A stretch of DNA of 63,874 bases, filler included, from Reclinomonas americana ATCC 50394 (Eukaryota), in NCBI GenBank assembly GCA_048213135.1. It is 9 parts of 9 records of this genome, joined end to end, with 100 filler letters (N's around TTAATTAATTAA, not from the genome) between each part and the next. Parts side by side here need not be neighbours in the genome. Positions count along the whole stretch, not along the records: positions 3,548 to 16,654 come from AFZH01020221.1; positions 16,755 to 26,149 come from AFZH01020222.1; 7 more parts are not named here. One strand, given 5' to 3'. This document shows, piece after piece, positions 10,709 through 24,100 of this stretch; position 1 is the stretch's first letter, and every line of letters starts with the position of its first letter. The notes beneath the pieces are model-generated. The model saw only the letters and a list, made by a program, of their open reading frames with translations, was not told the origin of the DNA and did no database searches. The position numbers were made by a program, and so were the translations under genes.

Positions 10709-12224
10709 CATCAACGTGACCACCGGCTTGATCGGGTACACGGGGTAGTCGCCGTGCTCGGTGATGTAGTCGAGAATCTGATCGTGGAAGTACTGCATGG
10801 CCACCGCCGGCAACCTCATGTTGGCCAAGATCGGCAGCAGGTAAATCCAGCGCTCCACCGCCGCCTGCTCGTAGCGCTGCCAGCACTGCGCAAAGGGGAA
10901 TTCGGCCGCCGGCACGCCGAGCTCGACCAGTCGCTCCCAGTACTTGCGTACAAGCGCCTGATCGTGGCCTTTCCACACGGCCTTGCGCACGTCGGAGATC
11001 ACCGTCTGGCCGAGGTCGGCCATCGGCTCCCACACGCCGACCTCGGACCAGTCGACCAGGTACAGGCGGCTCTGCCAGTCGTCGGGGTCGTCGTTGCTGT
11101 CGCGGCGGTTGGTGCGCCACAGCGAGTTGGAGGCGTGGAAGTCGCCGTGGGTGAGGGTGAAGGGCTGCGAGCGCAAGTGCTGCTGCAGTTGCTCCCAGGA
11201 GGCGCTGGCAAACGAGGCGTCGACGACGCGAACCAACTTCTCCGACCACTTGACACCGTCGTGCGGCATGTTCGTCTTGACCGTCGTCCACAGATTGAGG
11301 CTGTACTCGACGGCCAGCTCCCAGGTGGCACGACTCTCGCCGCGGTACCACACCGCGCTCTTGATCCACGACTTCTTGTGCACCAGCGACGGATCGTTCC
11401 AGTACTTGGCATGCAACGCAGCGCAGTACATGAACATGTCCTCCAGCATGCGCAGCTGCTCTCGCGGGTGCTCCAGCGGCCGCGGAATGCCCCAGATCTG
11501 ATTGCCAAAGTAAAAGTTGGTGCCGACCGACGAGCCCGACAGGTCCTCCATGAGCACCATCATGTCGCCGGAGAAGGCCGAGCTGTCGGCGTACAGCACA
11601 CGCGGCACGCCAAGCACCTGTTGTCCGTACGTGTTGTAAAAGCGCGCCTCGCGGAAGTGCTGCATGGTGATGCCGCCGAGGCGGTTGGCCAGCGTCGAGC
11701 TCTGCGTCATCTTCAGCACCAGCGTCGCCGGCAACTGCTGGCCGTCAGCGTTGCCCGAGTACGTAAGTGTCACGCGACGCATGAGACCGGTGAGTCCACG
11801 ATTGCCATCCAACGGCGTCAGCTTGGCCTCCACCACGCTCACATGCGGCGGGATCCACTGCCGCTCACGCATGGCGTGCGTCAGCCACTCGGCCGACACG
11901 CTTACCGCCGAGGGAGCTAAATCGAGCACCGGATGTGGCGGCAATGGCGGCTGCTTCTTCCCGCGCAGCCACAGGCGCAGACGATGCACGGAGGAGGCGC
12001 ATCGAGTGGCCCACACTTGCGCCACAATGGCGTGCATCTCCAGCAGCTTGCGCGTGCATATCATGTCGAAGCGCACCGACAGGCGACGCATGAGTGAAGC
12101 TGCCGCCCACATGCCTGCAATGAGCGCGCGAGTGAGTGGGAGAAGGGGGAGAGAGAGGGCAAGGGTGCATGTGCATGCATACGCAACTGACAGCAAGGGA
12201 GACGAGGAAGAGAAGGAACACCAT
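10691..12224 (-). CDS. Ecdysteroid-kinase-like / APH-choline kinase superfamily phosphotransferase
   Basis: Motifs PATLVLK, REARFY, VPRVLY, LMEDL, THGDFHASN and LVDWS..G..EPMADL; short hydrophobic first exon 12224-12188 spliced to 12114. Confidence 0.85.
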
Positions 12225-12286
12225 GGCTCGGATTATGACAAACGCGACAATGAGTGACAATCTTGCTCTCCTTCCTTCCTTCCGAC

Positions 12287-12682
12287 ATGTCTCTTCGTGT
12301 GGTGGTCACTGGTGCCTCTCGCGGTCTTGGTGCGTGCGTGTCTCCCTGCTCGCCTCTCTGTCTTGCTCTGCTGACTGTGCACACACACACACACAGGTCT
12401 GGCCTTTGCCGATGTGTTGTCCGCTCGCGGTCATCGCGTGTTTGCACTGTGTCGCAACCCCGCGCGCGCAGAGGAGCTCAGCAAGTTGGCCGAGGAGCGT
12501 GCTGGTGTGCTGACAGTGCTGCAGGCGGATGTGATTGATGAGGCCTCGTTGAAGGTATGTGGCAAGTGAGTAAAGAAAGAAGCTGTTTTTCTCAGACTCT
12601 CGCGTGCAGCACGCGGCGGAGCAAGTGGGCGAGCACGTGGATGCCATTGATGTGCTGCTCAATAATGCTGGTTTGTGTGTGA

Positions 12683-12713
<31 letters not shown>

Positions 12714-13773
12714 TCGGATCGCTCGGACATGTCATCGGAGTTGTGCAGGTATTCTTTTGTCGCGCACTGATCTGCTGGCCACGTTCGACGAGGGCGCCAT
12801 GATGGAGGAGTACCGCGTGAATGCCATTGGACCGCTGGTTTCGTGTGACCTTTGTTGCTTGTTTCTTCCGAGAAAGGTGTATTGATTTTGTTAGTGCATT
12901 GTAATAGCTGGCCGCTCGTTCCTTCCGGCCGCTCCTCGCGCGCAGCAACAGCGTGCACAAGTCTGTAGTGTCCGTCTCCAGTGCCATGGGAAGCATTGGC
13001 GAGACGTCGTCGGCGGGAGTTTCGGCTGTTTCTTGAATTTCATCTTCGTTTGCAGAGTCGTAACTGTGCTGCTCTCGCAGGTGTACGGCTATCGCATGTC
13101 CAAGGCGGCGTTGAACATGGGTGCGTCCGTGGCCTTGACGCCACCTCCATTGTTTCTTCGCTCACCCCCGACGCAGCGAACAAGGTGATGAGTGTGGAGT
13201 TGCGCGACGACAGTATCACGTGCGTGGTTTTCCACCCGGGCTGGGTTGATGTTGCGTGGACTATGGAGTGCATGCACGATGGGGCAAGTGCGGTCTCTCA
13301 TAACTCTCTGTCTCTCTCTCTCCCTCCCTCCCTCCCTCCCTCCCTCCCTCCCTCTGTTCTGTCCCTCCCTCTCTCTCTTCTGTCCCTCCCTCTCCCTCTC
13401 TCTCCCTCCCTCTCTTATTCTCTCTCTTCTTCTCTCTCTTTGACTCTCTCTCTTATCCTCCCTCCTCTCTCTCTCTCTCTCTCTATCCCTCTTCCCTCCC
13501 TCCCTCTCTTCTTCTCTCTCTTCTCTCTCTTCCCTCTCTTCCCTCCCGCACCTCAGACCGACATGGGCTCCTCTGGCGGCCGCAAGGCACCACTGGCCGC
13601 GGAGCAAGTCATTCCGCAGATGGTGGACCACATTGAGAAGTTCACCACCGAGAATTCGGGGTTTGTCACACGTCCATCAGCCTTGCCGCCATCACCACGC
13701 ACACTTCTTACCACGGTTTTGCGTGATACACAGCAAATTTTACCGGTACGACGGCACCGAGATCCCCTTCTGA
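12287..13773 (+). CDS. Short-chain dehydrogenase/reductase, CsgA/C-factor-like, multi-exon
   Basis: VVVTGASRGLG, IDVLLNNAG, VNAIGP, VSSAMGSI, YRMSKAALNM, HPGWV|TDMG and KFYRYDGTEIPF*. Confidence 0.92.
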
Positions 13774-13883
13774 CGTGCTCGACAACGCGCTCACTTGAGT
13801 AACACGACATTGCATGTTGTGGTTTTTTCATTGGATTGCAAATTGGGATTGAGCATTCTTTTTCCTCCTCTACGCCATCGTCA

Positions 13884-14672
13884 TCACATGTTGGCGCTGC
13901 CGGGCACCGAGTCTTTTCTCTGCAGCAAATCATTGTCGACATCGCAGTTGGCGTAGTCGTTGCCGCCGCCATCGCCGCCATCGCCGTCCACAATCGGCAA
14001 CTCATTCGCCACAAGTGCCGCCTGCTTCTGCGCCAACATGGGCGACGACGGCAACAGCGAGCTGCGTCGCCGATGATGATGCGGGTGGCTGCCGGAGCTG
14101 GCCTGCGACATTCGCCGCACATGCATCCGCGTCGGCGACAACAGCACACTGCTCGTCGCCACTCCGCCGGACGGCGACCCGAGCGCACTCAGCGACGTTC
14201 TCCGCGCCTCCGCCGTCAGCTTCTGCATCACCGGCATTGCTCCTCCCGAAGCAGCCTGCGCCGGACCCTCCGACGATTCCGTCCAACTACCAAACCGCGG
14301 ATGCGCAAACACGCTCGTGGTGGGGCTGCGCATGAACGGATTGGTGGGCGTGCGTGGTTGCTGTTGCGTCGGAGGCGGGATCCAGTCATTGTCCTCGTCC
14401 GCGTGAACCGCCACTGGCTCCACCACCATCGACGCTCTCCGTCGGTGACTCACCACCGAGCCTCTCCGTCCTGTTGCCGCACTGCTGCCGGCCACTGGCG
14501 ACAGCACAAACGCACCGCCGCTGTTGTTGTTGTTGTCCGCACACGCCACTGCATCGACCTCCGTGGTCGTGTACTCCACCAGCACAAGCGAGGCGCGTCG
14601 TCGAGCGACCGCGGCGTGGATGTACTGATCCGTGCGCTGTCGCAACGAGGACGACGACTGCACACAACCCAT
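13884..14672 (-). CDS. Intronless low-complexity hypothetical protein with an N-terminal MGCxxS acylation motif
   Basis: 262-codon ORF from MGCVQSSSS; Ser/Pro/Arg-rich; fills the space between the SDR and Spec3-like genes. Confidence 0.6.
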   Translation of the reverse strand: MGCVQSSSSLRQRTDQYIHAAVARRRASLVLVEYTTTEVDAVACADNNNNSGGAFVLSPVAGSSAATGRRGSVVSHRRRASMVVEPVAVHADEDNDWIPPPTQQQPRTPTNPFMRSPTTSVFAHPRFGSWTESSEGPAQAASGGAMPVMQKLTAEARRTSLSALGSPSGGVATSSVLLSPTRMHVRRMSQASSGSHPHHHRRRSSLLPSSPMLAQKQAALVANELPIVDGDGGDGGGNDYANCDVDNDLLQRKDSVPGSANM

Positions 14673-14765
14673 CTCTTCTCTTCTCGCGTAATGAGTCAAT
14701 TGTCGAGCAATTTCGGGACGAATAGGATCATGCGGAAAACCGTATTTTTCGTTTTCTCGTTTGTA

Positions 14766-16518
14766 ATGGCGGTGTCACCAGCAGGCGGTGCCTCGGTGCG
14801 CGGCCTGGTGCCGACATCTCCGCAGCAGCAGTTGTCACCGCTGGCGGTGTTTAGCAATGTGACGGCGCCGGTATTAGCGTCGCCCGAGTCACCAATGTCG
14901 CCCACTGTGCATCATCGGGCAATGGTGCGGAGAACAGAAGGGCACACTGGCACGCAGAAGCACACAATCACAAAGACACAAGAAGAAGAAGAAGAACAAG
15001 CAGAAGGAGGAGAGAAAGGAGAGAAAGGAGAGAGAGCGTGTTCTTGTTGTTGTTCTCCTCCAGCTCCTCCTGCTCCTTATTCTTCACTTCCTCCTTTTCC
15101 TCTTCCTCCTCCTTGTACTGCACTTGCTGCACTTCGTCTTCCTCTTCTTCTTGCTTTCTGCTTCTGCTTGTCGTTGTTGTTGTTGCTGTTCTCCTCCTCC
15201 TTCTTCTTCCACTTCTTCTTTTCCTTGTCGTCCTCCTACACCTCGTTATTTTGCATCTCCTCGTCCTCGTCGAAACCTTCATTCTGCTTGTTCTTCTTCT
15301 TGCTTCTTTGAAATTGTTGTTGTTTTCCTCTTCTCTTTATCCTTGAGACGGGATCGCTGCTGCTGCTGCTGCTGCAGTTGTTGCTGTCCTCTTCCTCCTT
15401 CTTCTCCGCTTCCTCCTTCTCATCTTCTTTCCCTTCTTCCTCTTGTGCTCCTGCTTCTTTTAGGGGATCGCTGCTGCTGTTGTTGTTGTTGCTCTTGTTC
15501 TCCTCGTCGTCGTCCTCCTCCTTCCCTTTCATCTCCTCCTCCCCCCTCACCTTCTCCTCCTTGTTCTGCACTTCCTCCTCTTCCTGCTCGCCTCTTCTTG
15601 TCGTTCTTTCTTCTTGCCTTCTTCTTCTTCTTCCATCCGCCTCCTCCTACTCCTCCCCCTTCCCCCTCTTCTCCCCCTCACTTCTCCTTCACCTCCCCCT
15701 CGCAGATCAGACCGATCAACAGCGGCCGCCGTGACTCGCCTCCCGCACTGGTGGAGATGGGCGGTGGCGGCGAGGTGAAGCTCGACGAAAGCGCACTCTT
15801 CTCGCCACTGACAAACCGGCCACCACCGCGACGATCCTCGCGCGGTCGGCGACGACGTGAGCGACCGGAGGGCATTGAGGCCGGCGCGGCGGGAGGAGCG
15901 ATGGGTGGTGGTGGTGTGGAACCGGATATGCCGGTGATTGCGTCGGCCATGACCCCGCAGAACGTGTATCGCACGGCGGATGGTCGTGTGCTGCGAATTC
16001 TGCGACAGGAGAGTGTGGCGGAGAAGCCGGCGTTTGAGTCGTGGCGTTTGGTGCTGCCCCGTATGCCTCTCTGGGCGGCTCTACCAGCGTTTGCACTGGT
16101 GAGTGGTCCACAATTGAAGGGGAAAGCGGGGGTTTACGATACTCATCGTGATTGCAGAATGTCGTGCCTGGCTCGCTTGGAACTCTGTGGGGCGCGCTGG
16201 TTGGAGTTGCGTGCAAAAAAAAAGGCAAGGTCCACACGTCCTGAGTGCTCACCCACTATTTTCTCTGATGCAGGGCTCGCTCGAGTGGATCCTGCCGTCC
16301 TCGAAAGCTCACCATCGTGACTTTACCAGCGGCTGTGCGATCTTCTGGCTGAACCTGCTCATCTGGGTGCTGCAGGTGTTGCTGACGTTTTTCATTGTCG
16401 GCTGGAGTTGCGTGGATGCCGGAGGACCCCTGTCTTTCTCTTTGTCGCTGTTTCTTTCTCAGTCTGCGTGGATACCTGAGGATCTCTGTCTTTCTCCATG
16501 TCCTTCCCCCTCTCCTCC

Positions 16519-16557
<39 letters not shown>

Positions 16558-16866
16558 TCGTTACGTAGTAGTCGTACGTAACGTAAACCGTACGTTCGTT
16601 CGTTCTTCTTCGTCTACCTTCCTTCCTTCCTTCGTCTCTCTCTCGTCTACTACTNNNNNNNNNNNNNNNNNNNNNNNNNNNNNNNNNNNNNNNNNNNNTT
16701 AATTAATTAANNNNNNNNNNNNNNNNNNNNNNNNNNNNNNNNNNNNNNNNNNNNTTACTTACGGTAGTAGTCGTGAACGTACTACGTCGTTCTCTTCTCT
16801 CTCTTCCTCTCTCTCTCTCTCTCTCACTACTTACTCTACCTACTACTACTCTACCCTCTCTCTTCT

Positions 16867-16915
<49 letters not shown>

Positions 16916-17217
16916 GCTCACTTACACCTCTGTCCTCTCTCTTTCTTTAGATCTCTCTCTCGCTCACTCGCACTCTCTCTTAATCCATCCCACCCTTCCT
17001 TCCTTCCCCTTCTCTCTCTCTCTCCCTTCCCCCTTCCCCCTTCCCCCTTCCCCCTTCCGTGCTCACTCTGTTCTCTAACACAGTTTGGGGCATCATCTGG
17101 GGCTCGCTGATGCTGGGCTCCTCGATTGATCTGCGAAAGCAAGAACAGGCGGCTGCATCTACGGATAACCACGCAGATGAGGCGCAGACAGCGGGCGACG
17201 CTGCTGCACGAGTGTGA
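14766..17217 (+). CDS. Spec3/stum-like membrane protein, multi-exon, spans a gap
   Basis: LPRMPLWAALPAFAL|NVVPGSLGTLWGAL..IWVLQVLLTFFIVGW|IWGIIWG matches the Spec3/stum pattern P.mP..A..lN..PG.GT..Q..t...vGWiw.i.WG. Confidence 0.75.
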
Positions 17218-17313
17218 TGTGAAATGAAGAACTCAAAATGCGTTTCCGTAAGCTCCACCGCTTGGTCGAACGAACCGTGGATTCACTCATTCATCTTAAA
17301 CCGCGATCGAGAC

Positions 17314-19524
17314 ATGCTTGTGTTGTATGAGACGCCTGCGGGCTTTGCGCTCTTCAAGGTGCTGGATTCAGCACGCCTGGACCCGGCCTCGCTCGCCAGC
17401 AGCATGAGCACGCTGGCCGGAGCACAGAAAGTGTTGCGTTTGACACTTGATAGGGAGGCACGCGTTGCACGCACACAGCTGCACACCACTGCACAGCAAT
17501 CGCCCTCCTTATTGCGTGTCACGTGCGCGTGCGTGTGTGTGTTTTCGGGGGGGACGGTCGTCCATGTCAGTCATGCACATGCACATCAACACTTGCTGAC
17601 TCGCCCCATCTTCTTCTCTTTCTCTTTTTTGCCATCCACAGTGTCAAGCTGAAGGCCTTCCACAAGTTCGAGAACACCACAGAGGCGCTGTCGGCGACCA
17701 CTGCGCTGCTGGAGAGCAAGATGTCCAAGGGCCTCAAGAAGTTCTTGCAGAAGAAGCTTGTCAGCAAGGTCAGTGGTTGCGCCCTACTTGCCCACTGCAT
17801 CGATGCTCAACGCTCACCCTCTCTTTCGTAATAGGAGAGCGCCGAGGAGCTCGGAGTGTTGGACGCGAAGCTGGGTGGTGTGATCAAGGAGAAGCTGGGC
17901 ATTCCGTGCATCTACGACTCGAGTGTGATGGAGCTGTTCCGCGGCATTCGCACGCACTTGTCCGACCTGGTGACGGGCGTGTCGACCAACGATCTGCAGG
18001 CCATGGTGCTGGGTCTGTCGCACTCGCTGTCACGATACAAGCTCAAGTTCAGTCCCGACAAGATCGACACGATGGTCATTCAGGCCATTGCGCTGCTCGA
18101 CGATCTCGACAAGGAGCTCAACACCTACGCCATGCGTCTCAAGGAGTGGTACGGCTGGCACTTCCCCGAGCTGGCAAAGATCGTCGTCGACAACATCATG
18201 TACGCACGCACCGTGCTGAAGCTTGGTGCGTTCGCTGTGGAAAAGAGAGAGAAGAAGAGAGAGGAAATGCAATCGCTGACTCTTTTTTCGTGGTGCATCG
18301 CAGGTGTGCGCAAGAATGCACAGGGCATGGACATGTCGGACACGTTGCCAGAGGATCTCGAGCGCCAGGTCAAGGACGCGGCGATTATCTCGATGGGCAC
18401 GGAGATTTCGGAGGACGATGTCACCAGCATTCACACGCTGTGCCGCGAGGTGCTGGACATGTCGGACTACCGCGGTCAGCTGTACGAGTACCTGAAGAAC
18501 CGCATGGAGGCCATTGCGCCCAACCTCACCATGATGGTCGGCGAGCTGGTCGGCGCCCGCCTCATTTCACATGCTGGTTTGTGTGTTCTTTGGATATCTC
18601 ATCATCTCTTTGTCGTCCTCTCCCCCACTCATGATGATTCACACAGGCTCGCTCATGAACCTGGCCAAGCACCCCGCCTCGACGGTGCAGATTATCGGTG
18701 CCGAGAAGGCGCTGTTCCGCGCCCTCAAGACGAAGCACGAGACGCCCAAGTACGGTCTGATTTACCACGCGTCGCTGGTCGGCAAGGCTGCGCCGAAGAA
18801 CAAGGGCAAGATCTCGCGTGTTTTGGCCGCCAAGACCGCGCTCGGTATTCGTGTCGACGCGCTCGGCGACACGGACATGCCCACGATTGGCATTGAGAAC
18901 CGACAAAAGGTGGAGGCACGCTTGCGACAACTCGAAGGACGACAGGTTACCGCCATTAGCGGCACTGGTCGTGCACACACCCCACAAAAGAAGTACGACG
19001 CGGCACGCGGCAGCGGCGTGACGGCTCGGTGAGTGACTTGGGAAGCGGCGATTGTCTGCCTCTGTTGCTAACTCTGCTCTCTCTTGCCACACGCAGTGAG
19101 TCGCAGGCGTACAACCCGGCATCCGATGTGGTGATGTCGTCGGTGGCCGACGAGACCGCCACCACCGCCACCACACCAACCTCGTCCAAGAAGGAGAAGA
19201 AGGAGAAGAAGAAGAGCAAGGAGGTGGAGGAGGAGGCGGAGGAGGCACCGGCAACTAGTGCGTCGACTTTCTATGCTGCTTCTTCTTATTCACCTTGCTA
19301 ACTCACTCCACGCAGGCGAGAAGAAGAAGAAGTCGAAGAAGCGTTCTCGCGAGGCCGACGAGGAGGAGGAGAAGGCGGCGGCGGCGGAGCCGGAGGAGGG
19401 TGAGCCGGAAAAGAAGAAGAAGAAGAAGAAGAGCAAGAGCGGTGATGACGCACCCGCCGAGGCCGCCAGCGATGGTGAAGAAAAGAAGAAGAAGAAGAAG
19501 AAGGACAAGAAGGGCAAGCAGTAG
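17314..19524 (+). CDS. NOP58: Nucleolar protein 58 (box C/D snoRNP core), 7 exons
   Basis: [109 protein letters not shown] and a KKE-rich tail. Confidence 0.97.
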
Positions 19525-19588
19525 ACGAGAGTTTTTGCTGTCGACTCGCTGCCTACCCTGTTGTGTGAAATGATCGAAACAATTAGGT

Positions 19589-20960
19589 TTACTTATCGTC
19601 GTCCCCCGCTCCTCCTCCCTCTTCACTTGCATCGTCTCCCTCGTCGACTGCTTCCTCGAGCTGCAGCAGCAGTTGGCGCACGTGCTCGGCAATCGGTTCA
19701 CGGTGCTCGTAGCTCCACGGTTGCACGGCGATGATTTGCAGGCGCTGGCGCAGCGACGGTGTGCCGCTGTCGACAGAGCACAGACCGCGTGTCTCGGCCG
19801 ACTCGAACTCTGGGCAGGAGTAGCCGAACGAGATGGCCACGCGAGGCTCCAGCTGCGGCACACAGGTCGACGCGCGACCGCCAAAGTGTTGCAGCCGGCC
19901 GCTCCAACACAGCGCCGTGCCCGTGGTTGCCGGCACGGCGCGAATGCACTGCACGTCAATGTCGGCGCTCGATGGCTGGTTTTCATCGTCATCGTCATCG
20001 TCATCGTCGCCGCTGGCGCGATAGTATCCCGGATCCCAGAGGGCAGGCACCACGTACATGCAGCCTGCGGCAGTAAGCTGATGAGAGAAAAGGGGGAGGA
20101 GTCGGAAAATTTCTGGCCTGTACCGTTGAGGGGCGTGGCATCGGTCAGCGCAAACCACACGGTGGCGTAGGCCGGTGGCTCGCCCGGTTGCAGTTGGAGA
20201 AGGTCGCGATCGCGATGCAGGCCCCATCCTCTAAAGGTCGAGTGAGAAGGCGACGAGAGAGAGAAAGAAAGCTGTTTGGTCCGCGCAACTTGCTTCCGGC
20301 ACCGATACACCACGCCCATGTATCGAAGTTCGATCGGCAGTGCGGATTGACGAGACGCTGCACGAGAGAGCGCCCGTATCGCTCGAGTGCCCACGCTTCG
20401 TCGTACATGGTCGCGAACAGTGGAGGCCAACCCTTGCGCCCAACACCATTCAGCACAGAATGATCGAGAAAAGCGATCGACGTGAAGAAACGCTCACCAG
20501 TCGCACGAGCGCGCGAATGATGACGCCAAGACGCCTGCACAGACGGGTCACACACACTCTCCTCCCCCACTCTCTCCTCCGCCGCCTCACTCACCGACAC
20601 AACCGATGCAGATCGCCATCACGCTTGCCCTCCACCGCAAAGTACCCTTCATCGCGCATTAGCGCGCGCAACCGATCCTCATCATCCGCTGTCATCGGGT
20701 CACCTTCCACGAGCGTCGTCTCCACACAAGCGTCATCGCTCGTGGCCACAAGCTGCTGCCAGAAGCCGTCAGTGAGCGCCTCGCGCAGCCGCAGCATCCA
20801 TCGAGTTGTCCGACGTCGACTGAAGAGTGCATGTCGTGTCTCCACGAGGGTACGATGGTAGGCAGCTGCATGTGGTCCCAGTGTAGCGGAGACAACTGCA
20901 GCAGCACGCACTGACTTGTGATTCTGCTTTCATTTCGACGTCGACGTCGCGATCGGCCAT
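19589..20960 (-). CDS. Phytanoyl-CoA dioxygenase-like Fe(II)/2OG oxygenase, multi-exon
   Basis: LMRDEGYF, GWPPLFATMYDEAW, GWGLHRD, VWFALTDATPLN|GCMYVVP, IRAVPATTG..WSGRLQHFG and PRVAISF. Confidence 0.8.
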
Positions 20961-21130
20961 GCATCAGTTGCAAATGCACAGAGATGCAGCTGCGCATGCG
21001 CACTACGACTAGCGACGCACCTATGCACCACCGCGCAATCCATGCATCGCGACATCACACAAAAAAACCTGCATGTCCTGCGCATCATTGCAAAAACTTG
21101 AGAGTGGCCACGCAGCAGGCGACCACCAGC

Positions 21131-24100
21131 ATGGTGCAGATTGTGTTTGTGCTCGACACCAGTGTGTCCATGAACCAACGCACTGCCGGAGGTACCACAC
21201 ATTCTCTCTCCCTCCCTCCCTCATTCACTCTCTCCCACTGTCTTCTCACCAAAACTCGCAGGCCTGTCGTACTTGGACGTGGCTAAGATGGGCATCGAGC
21301 ACTTTATCAAGAAGCGCGGTCAGTTCCAGAACGCCCGCGGTGATCGCTACGCACTGGTCACTTGCACACCTCCACAAGCAGAGGACGCAGACGAGGTTCT
21401 CTCTCTCTCGCCATCACTCTGCTCTTCTTCTCTCTCACTCTCTCACACGCTCGCCTCATGCCACAGTGGTGTCAATCAGCAGCCGACTGCGTGGAACGCG
21501 TGAAAGCGATCAGTGCCAGTCGCGATTGCCGCACAATGACTCCCGTGGGATTCACACTGCAACGCGCCTTTGATTTGCTCAATGTGGCGCGCATGGCCAG
21601 CGGGCACGATCATTATGGCTTTGGGCGGTGTCCGTGGGTCTCCGATCCCGCCATCATTGTGCTCATCACCGATGGAGCACCGTTTGCGACCATGGATGGC
21701 GTTGTCGAACAGGTAATTTCTTCCATCATGGATGCCAGTCTCGACAGTCTGCTGATGCTGGTGATGCACGTGCGAGAGTAGCTGTCGCTGCCGTATGCGA
21801 TCCAGGCGGAGCTCACACGTGAGCCGTTTCGATGGGATCAGCGGCTGTACACGCTGCTGCTCGACATTCCCGGTGTGCAGCTCTCGCATGCACAGGTGCG
21901 CGCGCTCATGTCGGAGGACGCCGGTGCGCAGAGCCACAAGACGCCCGCCGATCACATTGCCATCATGTGTGAGGTCACGGGTGGGCGGCTGTACCGCTTG
22001 CCCGATGTGCGGTCGGTGCTGGCGCGCACTGATGAACTGGTGCAGTGTGCGCAGCAGGCTGGAGTGGTGGTGCAGGTTTGTTTTGGGAAGGAATGCCGCT
22101 TGTGGGGAAGAAACTGATGTGATGACGACAACGACGATTGCACAGATGAGGCTGTCGCACGGGCAGCCGGTACGCACGTTTCTCCATTTGCGCGGACTCG
22201 TCGGCAACTGGCCCATTCCCGAGTCGTACAAGCCGACCGTGGAGATGCAGTCACTTGTGCGTTTGCTTGATGACCCCTCCCTGCTCGCCAGTAACTCACT
22301 TGTTGTGTTGCGCGCAGCCTCAACGCTCCGCGCAACCGCTCATCGTGTGCTTGCCGCCTCAGCGCGGCAGCGAGCAAGTGGACGATGCGGCGCTGATTCC
22401 CGAATTCTTCCCCTTTGACAAGTACGATCTCGATCCGTGCCTGGTGTCGGACCACATCATCCAGGCCTCCCGCACCGCACAGGCCGCACGCAGACCACTG
22501 CCGACATTTCGCGTGCGTGCCACTCACTCTTCTGGAGTAGTGTGTCTTGTCTCTCATTCTTGTTGTGATATCCGGGCAGGCCTATGTTGAGTTGAATGAC
22601 GGCAAGCGGAGTGTGCTTGGTGAGCCGTTCGGCTTCCTGAAGGCCAAGACGAATCTCTCGTTGGTCACCCTGTACGTGCTGCCGTACAATTATTCGCGAC
22701 TTTTTTCGCTTCTCGGTGCGTGGAACACAGAAGGGTGTCACGAATGTGTCACACGAACTCATGAGGTTTATGCGCAGAGCAATTCAAGCACCCGTCGGCC
22801 ATTGGACCCAAGCTGCGCGCACAGTACCGTGAGTACATTGACTCAGTGCCGATCTACTACCTCACGCCGTTGCAGCGAGGTACTGTGGGGGTGGCGAAGT
22901 TGCAGTAGCCTTTTCGTGTGTTCTCATCTCCAGCCGCAGCTCTCTTGCGATTCAGTGTGCCGCCAGTGGAGATCCCCGACGCAAAGAACATGAATCGCAG
23001 CATCGCTGTGCAGTACATTCAGCATTTGCGGGTGCAGGTGTGTCACCATGCGTCACCTCATATCCATCCTTCCAGTTCTCCTCACCTCCGCGTCCTCCTT
23101 CCTCTCGCAGTGCAAGCAACAAGTGGACCGCATCCAGCAAAAGGCCGCGCTGGCTGCCGCCGCCGCTGCGGCTGCGACTGGTGCTGGTGGTCGACTCGGA
23201 CGACCGGCGTCGCCGGTGCCCGGTGCCGGTGGCTCCCTGCTGCCTCTGGCACCTCCACAGTCTCCCATGGCTGGTGGCCCGAACGCTGTGGCCGGAGCGG
23301 CTGGTGCTGGTGCGTCGCGCGCTCCCGGGGCGGTGGGTATCGTGGTGGGCACACTGCCGAGTGGACGGTCGGCACTGCTGCAAAAGGTAAGCCGCGTGCT
23401 CCTCATTCCTCGGATCCATCTTCCTGCTGACCTTGGGTTTGGATCTCCAGCTGGCCGCTCTGCGCATGGAAGTGTTGCCGTCGAGCGAGCGGCGCAACCG
23501 TGGCCGCGACGACGACGATCTCGACGATATTTCGATTCCGAGTTCGCCGTGGGCGCCGCACGGCGATGTCGACGGCGTGTCGATGCTCAGCGGCTCCACG
23601 TTCTTTGGTGGGGCGAGCAGTCCGCAGCGCGACATGGACGACGCACAGTCGCTGCACTCGACCAGCTCGTTGGCGCTCAGTCAGTCGCGCGAACAGAGAA
23701 TACGAGCGAAGCGCGAGCGGCTCGAGCACCTCATCCACACGGTGCCGATTGCCATGATGGGGTGCGCTTGAATCACGATGAGGGAGTGAGGGAAAGAGAG
23801 AGAGAGACTCTTTGCTCACGCCTGCATCACAGAGACTTTCACTCGTATTTGCTGAAGCAGGAGGTGCCGCGAGATCCTCTTGCCGACGACGAGGTAAGTG
23901 CACGCAATCACCTGTGTGCAGAATGCGGTGCGCTGACTTCGTTATCCACAGGGTCGAAGCAGCCATCGCGTGACTTTCGGGAGTCCGTTCCGGCGTGTGC
24001 GCTCCGGCGATCGCAAGAAGCTCGCACGCGGCGGTCCGGCAGCGTCCGAAGACGACGAAGCCGAGGACGAAGCTGGCGTGGTGCGTGCTTTCCCTCACAG

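Noticed and set aside
10580..11920. 446-aa plus-strand ORF and similar long antisense ORFs (5792-6673, 13836-15311, 57079-57828)
   Set aside because: These are shadow frames of GC-rich coding sequence on the other strand, with no recognisable motifs.
17433..19315. Intronic snoRNAs in NOP58
   Set aside because: The introns are short and I found no convincing C box plus D box pair.
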